Below are positions 61,235-64,000 of a stretch of DNA of 64,000 bases, piece after piece (position 1 is the first letter of the stretch; every line of letters starts with the position of its first letter). Under the pieces are notes generated by a model. That model did not search any database, was not told where the DNA came from, and saw only the letters and a program-made list of their open reading frames with translations. Position numbers and translations under genes: made by a program. Source of the stretch: Escherichia coli (lineage in GTDB: Bacteria; Pseudomonadota; Gammaproteobacteria; Enterobacterales; Enterobacteriaceae); assembly GCF_030013205.1 (NCBI RefSeq), contig NZ_CP122648.1; one strand, given 5' to 3'.

Positions 61235-61386
61235 TGATTAGCCCTTTTTGCTTTCGTGTTACCCTTATTAGATCCAGTCCCTTCTAGGTCGCCCCTGTCC
61301 TTTCTAGGGACTGGCTAACACACTCAAAAGGTCACCAATACACAACCTTTTGACGGGAATATAAGTCACCAATAGGTTACTGTCAA
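61235..61386. promoter_or_regulatory. immunity switch region (divergent early promoter and repressor promoter with operators)
   Basis: 152-bp intergenic region between divergent cox and C; inverted repeats (…CCAGTCCCTTCTAGG…CCTTTCTAGGGACTGG…). Confidence 0.5.
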
Positions 61387-61680
61387 ATGCAGACATTCGA
61401 AAAACTGAAAGCGATTAGGAAAGCAGAAGGCTTAACACAGGCGAAATTCAGCGAAATTAGCGGGATAGCTCTAGGAACAGTCAAAAATTACGAAAGTGGG
61501 CATAAAGACCCTGGTCTCAGCATCGTTATGCGAGTCACAAATACGCCTTTATTTAAAAAATATACGCTCTGGTTAATGACTGGTGATACGTCACCACAAG
61601 CTGGTCAGATCGCGCCGGCTCTCGCACACATTGGGCAAAAACCAACAGAATCAGACCACTCCGAAAAACAGACTGGTTAA
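61387..61680 (+). CDS. C: immunity repressor C
   Basis: 97-aa ORF with HTH (EGLTQAKFSEISGIALGTVKNYESG) and …KYTLWLMTGD…GQIAPALAHIGQ resembling P2 C. Confidence 0.8.
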   Translation: MQTFEKLKAIRKAEGLTQAKFSEISGIALGTVKNYESGHKDPGLSIVMRVTNTPLFKKYTLWLMTGDTSPQAGQIAPALAHIGQKPTESDHSEKQTG

Positions 61681-61719
61681 CACTCTATAAACATTATATT
61701 TTCACCATTTGTTACCAAG

Positions 61720-62730
61720 ATGGTGAATACAGCGTCAGAGGGCTTTCTTATGTCAATTAAGAAGCTCGATGATGGACGCTATGAAGTGGACATTAGACCT
61801 CGCGGTCGCGACGGAAAACGCATCCGCAGGAAATTTGAAAGAAAAGCTGAGGCTGTAGCATTTGAGCGATACACAATCGCCTACGCCAGCCAGAAAGAAT
61901 GGGCAGGTCAGCGAGCAGATCGCAGAACTTTGAGTGAGTTGCTGGACATCTGGTGGAAATATCACGGGCAAAACCACGAGCATGGAACAAAAGAGTTTAA
62001 TCATCTGCTCAAAACCATCAGCGGCATAGGTGATATACCAGTGAGCCGGATGAGCAAAAGAGCTTTGATGGATTATCGTTCCATGCGACTACGTGATGGT
62101 ATCAGTGCCGCAACGATAAACCGTGACATGTACCGATTATCCGGCATGTTCACAAAATTAATTCAATTGGATGAATTTTCCGGGCAACACCCAATTCACG
62201 GACTGCCGCCACTGGCGGAGGCCAACCCTGAAATGACGTTCCTGGAAAAAGCAGAAATCGAAAAACTGTTAAATGTTTTGGATGGTGATGACTTACTTGT
62301 CGCACTTTTATGTCTGAGCACTGGAGGAAGATGGACGGAAGTTGCCACGCTAAAACCAGCACAGATTACAAATTGCAGGGTTACCTTCCTGAAAACCAAA
62401 AACGGTAAAAAGCGAACCGTGCCGATTTCTGAGGAACTGGAGAAAAAAGTTAAAGAGGAGGCCAGCGCTAAATTATTCAAAGTTGATTATGAGAAGTTTT
62501 GCGGGATTTTACGCAGAGTGAAGCCAGATATACCACCCAATCAGGCAACCCACATCCTGCGGCATACATTCGCAAGCCATTTCATGATGAATGGGGGCAA
62601 TATAATCGCACTGCAACAGATTCTGGGACATGCGAGCATTCAGCAGACGATGGCCTATGCGCACCTTGCGCCTGACTACCTGCAAAATGCCGTCGCGCTG
62701 AATCCTCTAAAAGGCGGAGTGACGTTATAA
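61720..62730 (+). CDS. int: tyrosine integrase
   Basis: 336-aa ORF; C-terminal catalytic motifs (HILRHTFASHFMMNGG…LGHASIQQTMAYAHL); alternative start at 61750 (MSIKKLDDGRYE). Confidence 0.9.
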   Translation: MVNTASEGFLMSIKKLDDGRYEVDIRPRGRDGKRIRRKFERKAEAVAFERYTIAYASQKEWAGQRADRRTLSELLDIWWKYHGQNHEHGTKEFNHLLKTISGIGDIPVSRMSKRALMDYRSMRLRDGISAATINRDMYRLSGMFTKLIQLDEFSGQHPIHGLPPLAEANPEMTFLEKAEIEKLLNVLDGDDLLVALLCLSTGGRWTEVATLKPAQITNCRVTFLKTKNGKKRTVPISEELEKKVKEEASAKLFKVDYEKFCGILRRVKPDIPPNQATHILRHTFASHFMMNGGNIIALQQILGHASIQQTMAYAHLAPDYLQNAVALNPLKGGVTL

Positions 62731-62845
62731 ATTTCCCTTCTGAGTGTCCACATAGTGTCCACACTCTCAGAACTTTGTAGCCCTTCCAGTCCCTTATAGG
62801 TTTTCTTAAGTTACTGTTTTCTTACGGAAACTGATGTAAGTGATT

Positions 62846-62892
62846 GATAAAAAAAACCCCCACATCATGTGGGGGAAGACAGGGATGGTGTC
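62846..62892. repeat. prophage att site, cpxP-side copy of 47-bp direct repeat (also the cpxP terminator)
   Basis: identical to 44480..44526; on the minus strand reads as GC hairpin CCCCCACATGATGTGGGGG followed by TTTTTTTT, 24 bp after cpxP stop. Confidence 0.85.
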
Positions 62893-62915
62893 TATGGCAA
62901 GGAAAACAGGGTTTA

Positions 62916-63419
62916 CTACTGGGAACGTGAGTTGCTACTACTCAATAGCTTCAACGATGAACTTTTTTGCCATTGCGTCACGTCACGCAACTGCTCCATT
63001 CGTTGTTGATGTTTCTCATTTAAAACCGCTTGCTGCTCCGGCGTTAACAGGCGATACATTTGGTTGCGGACTTTTGCCATCTCAACCTGACGAGCAATTT
63101 GCTCATTCGCCATTTTTTCTGCCTGTGCGCGCACAGCGTTTTCATCAAAATTTTCTGCGGTGACAAGGCGATGCATTGTCTCCAGTTCGCTAACATTAAC
63201 AGGAGGCTGTTCGTGCCGGGCCTGTTGCATAAGATCTCGCATCTGCTGACGCTGATGTTCGGTTAAACTTATGCCGTCGAACATATGGCTCTGCGTACTG
63301 CGCTGCGTAAGTTCTTCACCCGGATGCCAGTTATCGCCTGAACCGACTTCAGCAGCGTGGCTTAATGAACTGACTGCCAGCGTTGAGGCCATGACGGCAG
63401 CGGTAACTATGCGCATCAT
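62916..63419 (-). CDS. cpxP: periplasmic stress adaptor CpxP
   Basis: 167-aa ORF with signal peptide and paired [13 protein letters not shown] / [16 protein letters not shown] motifs. Confidence 0.9.
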
Positions 63420-63495
63420 TTGCTCCCAAAATCTTTCTGTCGCGATTCAACGATAGAGAGTTTACGATTCAGGCTGCAAACATGCGTCAGGGGGT

Positions 63496-63510
63496 GTAAA
63501 ACAACGTAAA
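63496..63510. promoter_or_regulatory. CpxR-P binding site (GTAAA-N5-GTAAA) in the cpxP/cpxRA divergent promoter
   Basis: GTAAAACAACGTAAA read directly. Confidence 0.65.
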
Positions 63511-63564
63511 GTCATGGATTAGCGACGTCTGATGACGTAATTTCTGCCTCGGAGGTATTTAAAC

Positions 63565-64000
63565 AATGAATAAAATCCTGTTAGTTGATGATGACCGAGA
63601 GCTGACTTCCCTATTAAAGGAGCTGCTCGAGATGGAAGGCTTCAACGTGATTGTTGCCCACGATGGGGAACAGGCGCTTGATCTTCTGGACGACAGCATT
63701 GATTTACTTTTGCTTGATGTAATGATGCCGAAGAAAAATGGTATCGACACATTAAAAGCACTTCGCCAGACACACCAGACGCCTGTCATTATGTTGACGG
63801 CGCGCGGCAGTGAACTTGATCGCGTTCTCGGCCTTGAGCTGGGCGCAGATGACTATCTCCCGAAACCGTTTAATGATCGTGAGCTGGTGGCACGTATTCG
63901 CGCGATCCTGCGCCGTTCGCACTGGAGCGAGCAACAGCAAAACAACGACAACGGTTCACCGACACTGGAAGTTGATGCCTTAGTGCTAAATCCAGGCCGT
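63565..64000 (+). CDS. cpxR: response regulator CpxR (N-terminal part; runs off window end)
   Basis: ATG at 63565 then MNKILLVDDDRELTSLLKELLEMEGFNV… receiver domain; no stop within window. Confidence 0.9.

Larger units (their letters stand above)
44480..62892 (-). mobile_element. P2-like (Peduovirus-type) prophage, internally deleted
   Basis: bounded by 47-bp direct repeats; P2 gene order ogr-D-U-(T)-X-L-M-N-O / P-Q / cos / cargo / A-orfs-B-cox / C-int; interrupts the fieF-cpxP adjacency of the core genome. Confidence 0.9.

Noticed and set aside
44480-62892. Possibility that the 47-bp direct repeats are CRISPR-like or a tRNA 3' end duplicated by integration
   Set aside because: Only two copies, 18 kb apart, bracketing a prophage; the repeat forms a terminator hairpin with a T-run rather than a tRNA acceptor/T-arm, and no cloverleaf could be drawn from the adjacent sequence.

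Overview
This window reads as Escherichia coli chromosome (the metJBLF / glpFKX / tpiA / pfkA / cpxPR neighbourhood, in inverted orientation relative to the usual K-12 map), with two accessory insertions; all calls rest on reading the supplied ORF translations and sequence by eye and on recalled family knowledge, with no database search run. Core genes, in order: yijO (partial), frwD, pflC, pflD, frwB, frwC, ptsA, fsaB, gldA, yijF, yijE, katG, metF, [insertion], metL, metB, metJ, yiiX, rpmE, priA, cytR, ftsN, hslV, hslU, menA, rraA, zapB, glpF, glpK, glpX, fpr, uspD, yiiS, yiiR, yiiQ, tpiA, cdh, sbp, pfkA, fieF, [prophage], cpxP, cpxR (partial). Accessory region 1 (about 15.6-18.7 kb, between metF and metL) carries a secreted 5'-nucleotidase-family metallophosphoesterase and a Zn-ribbon protein that looks frameshifted. 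Accessory region 2 (44480-62892) is a P2-like prophage bounded by 47-bp direct repeats that duplicate the cpxP terminator. It keeps int, C, cox, B, A, the capsid/terminase genes Q-P-O-N-M-L-X, and D, U and ogr, but has an internal deletion that fuses the holin gene Y in frame to the 3' part of tape-measure gene T, removing the lysis and tail genes. The most interesting locus is the cargo between replication gene A and the cos site (about 54.9-56.9 kb), the position occupied by tin/old in P2 and a known hotspot for anti-phage systems. Here it holds an AT-rich two-gene unit: a 443-aa protein (Lys-rich N-terminus, C2H2-like zinc finger, C-terminal HNH nuclease motif) followed by a 139-aa protein with an R-x4-H (HEPN-like) motif. 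I cannot assign it to a named defence family from sequence alone, so it is the prime candidate for an undescribed system. No rRNA, tRNA or CRISPR array was found.
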